Positions 61,345 to 63,647 of a stretch of 63,647 bases of DNA are shown piece after piece. Made by a program: the position numbers and the translations under genes. The notes beneath the pieces were generated by a model, which did no database searches, was not told where the DNA came from, and saw only the letters and a program-made list of their open reading frames with translations. Source of the stretch: Octopus bimaculoides (taxonomy: Eukaryota); assembly GCF_001194135.2 (NCBI RefSeq), contig NC_068998.1, forward strand, positions 38,384,732 through 38,448,378, read 5' to 3'. Within the stretch, counting starts at the first letter, position 1, and each line of letters begins with the position of its first letter.

Positions 61345-61800
61345 AAAAGTCATCAGCATCATTGTCGTTGTCATCGTCGTCATCGTCCTCATCATTATCA
61401 TCATCATCAACATCATCATCGTCGTCGGCGTTGCAGTTGTCATAATTGTCATCGTCACCATCACAACCACCATCATCATCATCATCATTTTCATCCTCAT
61501 CATCATCTTCATCCTCCTCATCCTCCTCATCATCATCATTATCATTGTTGTTCTTCTTCTCCTCGTCTTCATAATCATCATCATCATCATCTTCATCATC
61601 ATCAACATCATCATTGTCATCAACATCGACATTATCATCATTATCAACAGTGTCATTGCCGTTGTCATCATCATCATCGTCATCATCATCATTATCATCT
61701 TCATTACCATCATTGTCTTTGTCATCATTGTCATTGTCATCATTGCCAGCATCATCACAATAGTCCACCTCCTCCTCCTCATCATCATCATCATTTTCAT
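61345..61800. repeat. Degenerate (CAT/ATC)n low-complexity tract of about 450 bp
   Basis: Mixed cat/cgt/cct/ctt triplets; explains the I/V-rich, D/E-rich and M-rich ORFs in the track. Confidence 0.9.
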
Positions 61801-62142
61801 TTGGAGGAAGAGGAGGTGGAAAAATATTTTTAAAAAAGCAGATCCCAGACCAACACACTATAGTACCAAAAAAACACATAGTACATAAATGCTATACCAA
61901 TAGATACCAAAATAAAAACCACACCAACACACTAGAGCCGCAAACAGATACAAGCTATATTCACATGCTCTACCAACTCACTACATCAACACAGACCACA
62001 TTAACACAGAAAAACTAATACGGGAAAAAAAACAGACGACACACAGACAGACAACCTAGCCAAGACTACAGCTGTGTTGAACACAAGAAGTGTATGATTT
62101 AGTAATGAATGAAGCCAACACATCAACACAGAGCTATATATG

Positions 62143-62184
<42 letters not shown>

Positions 62185-62641
62185 NNNNNNNNNNNNNNNN
62201 NNNNNNNNNNNNNNNNNNNNNNNNNNNNNNNNNNNNNNNNNNNNNNNNNNNNNNNNNNNNNNNNNNNNNNNNNNNNNNNNNNNNNNNNNNNNNNNNNNNN
62301 NNNNNNNNNNNNNNNNNNNNNNNNNNNNNNNNNNNNNNNNNNNNNNNNNNNNNNNNNNNNNNNNNNNNNNNNNNNNNNNNNNNNNNNNNNNNNNNNNNNN
62401 NNNNNNNNNNNNNNNNNNNNNNNNNNNNNNNNNNNNNNNNNNNNNNNNNNNNNNNNNNNNNNNNNNNNNNNNNNNNNNNNNNNNNNNNNNNNNNNNNNNN
62501 NNNNNNNNNNNNNNNNNNNNNNNNNNNNNNNNNNNNNNNNNNNNNNNNNNNNNNNNNNNNNNNNNNNNNNNNNNNNNNNNNNNNNNNNNNNNNNNNNNNN
62601 NNNNNNNNNNNNNNNNNNNNNNNNNNNNATATAAATAAATG

Positions 62642-62672
<31 letters not shown>

Positions 62673-62745
62673 GAAGCAACACAAACATTCAGCTGTTTGT
62701 GTGTGTGTGTTTTTATATACACATGCAGCTATACAAACACTCAGC

Positions 62746-62779
<34 letters not shown>

Positions 62780-63647
62780 TACATACGTTCATTCATTCAT
62801 ACATACATACAATCGAAACACAACACATGTATGGCTAACACACAAAGCTGCCGCAAAACCCCACCAGAATTACAGAGGCATAGCTGAGATAAGGCGAATA
62901 TAAATTGAACGGTGAGTTAAAGCCAACGTTACAAGATACCGTATTAACAAACCTAATGTGTATCAACACCACCACCACCACCACCACCACAACAACAACA
63001 ACAACGAATACAGAACATAGAAAAGAATCGCAGCTCACAACCCGGCACTACAGAGCTGCGTTCAAGATAAGGCGAGTGTATTCTGTAGTGAGTGAAAACC
63101 AGTAGAGAAGAAGATGAAGTATAAAACCGACACAACAGAAGCAAAGCCAACATTAACATACAGTAGAACATTGATTTATCGATGCACACAGTCCAATATT
63201 GGAATTTTTCTTTCTTCTATCCACCATTCCTTTATACTCTTCTCTCTTTTGAGACAATAATATTGTTGTTGTTGCTGCTGTTATTGTTGTTGTTGTTGCA
63301 GCTGTTGTTGTTGTTGTTGTTGTTTATTTTCTTCTCTTTTCCTCAAACATTCACAATCTTACTAATGGGATAGGAAAAGGGTTATGTTTTGTCTCTTGGT
63401 TTTTTTTTTTCTTTTTTTTTTTGTCTTTTTCCTTACAAGTGTTCATTGTTGTTTTGAGACATTCTGTTCAGGTCTTGCTACTCTTTTCCTTCGTTTCAAA
63501 CAGTTCTAGGGGATTTCCTCAATTTGTTCCTTCTGTTTTTTTATTATTATTTTTTTTTTTGGTGCTGGCTTTTTGTTATTTCTTTTATTTTCATGAGTAA
63601 GTTGAACGCGAGTACGAGTGCATATCTGTGTGTGTGTGTGTGTGTGT

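Noticed and set aside
61202-61888. Long ORFs in three frames (I/V-rich, D/E-rich and M-rich)
   Set aside because: Expected translations of a degenerate (CAT)n tract; no splice signals or domain.

Overview
AT-rich, microsatellite-dense animal genomic DNA with six N gaps. The SINE families and repeat landscape point to an octopod cephalopod, most likely Octopus (inference). The only recognisable host gene is the 5' part of an ARID1/osa (BAF250, SWI/SNF) orthologue on the minus strand. It has coding exons at 19051-18278, 10256-10083 and 7683-7342, plus three small phase-0 exon candidates missed by the ORF track (9825-9766, 2561-2511, 1465-1427). The ARID and C-terminal domains must lie beyond position 1. 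About 9.5-22.8 kb (intron 1, leader and promoter) is nearly free of recognisable transposons and CpG-richer. From 22.8 kb to the end the window is mostly decayed mobile DNA: tRNA-derived SINEs; mariner, Tc1-like, pogo, hAT and piggyBac-type elements and MITEs; and RTE, CR1, HERO-like and R4/Dong-like LINE fragments. Several short Penelope-like repeats carry type I hammerhead-ribozyme motifs, the best at 23301-23346. Most ORF-track entries are microsatellite read-throughs. Repeat boundaries were placed by eye and are approximate; exon and ribozyme coordinates were counted base by base.
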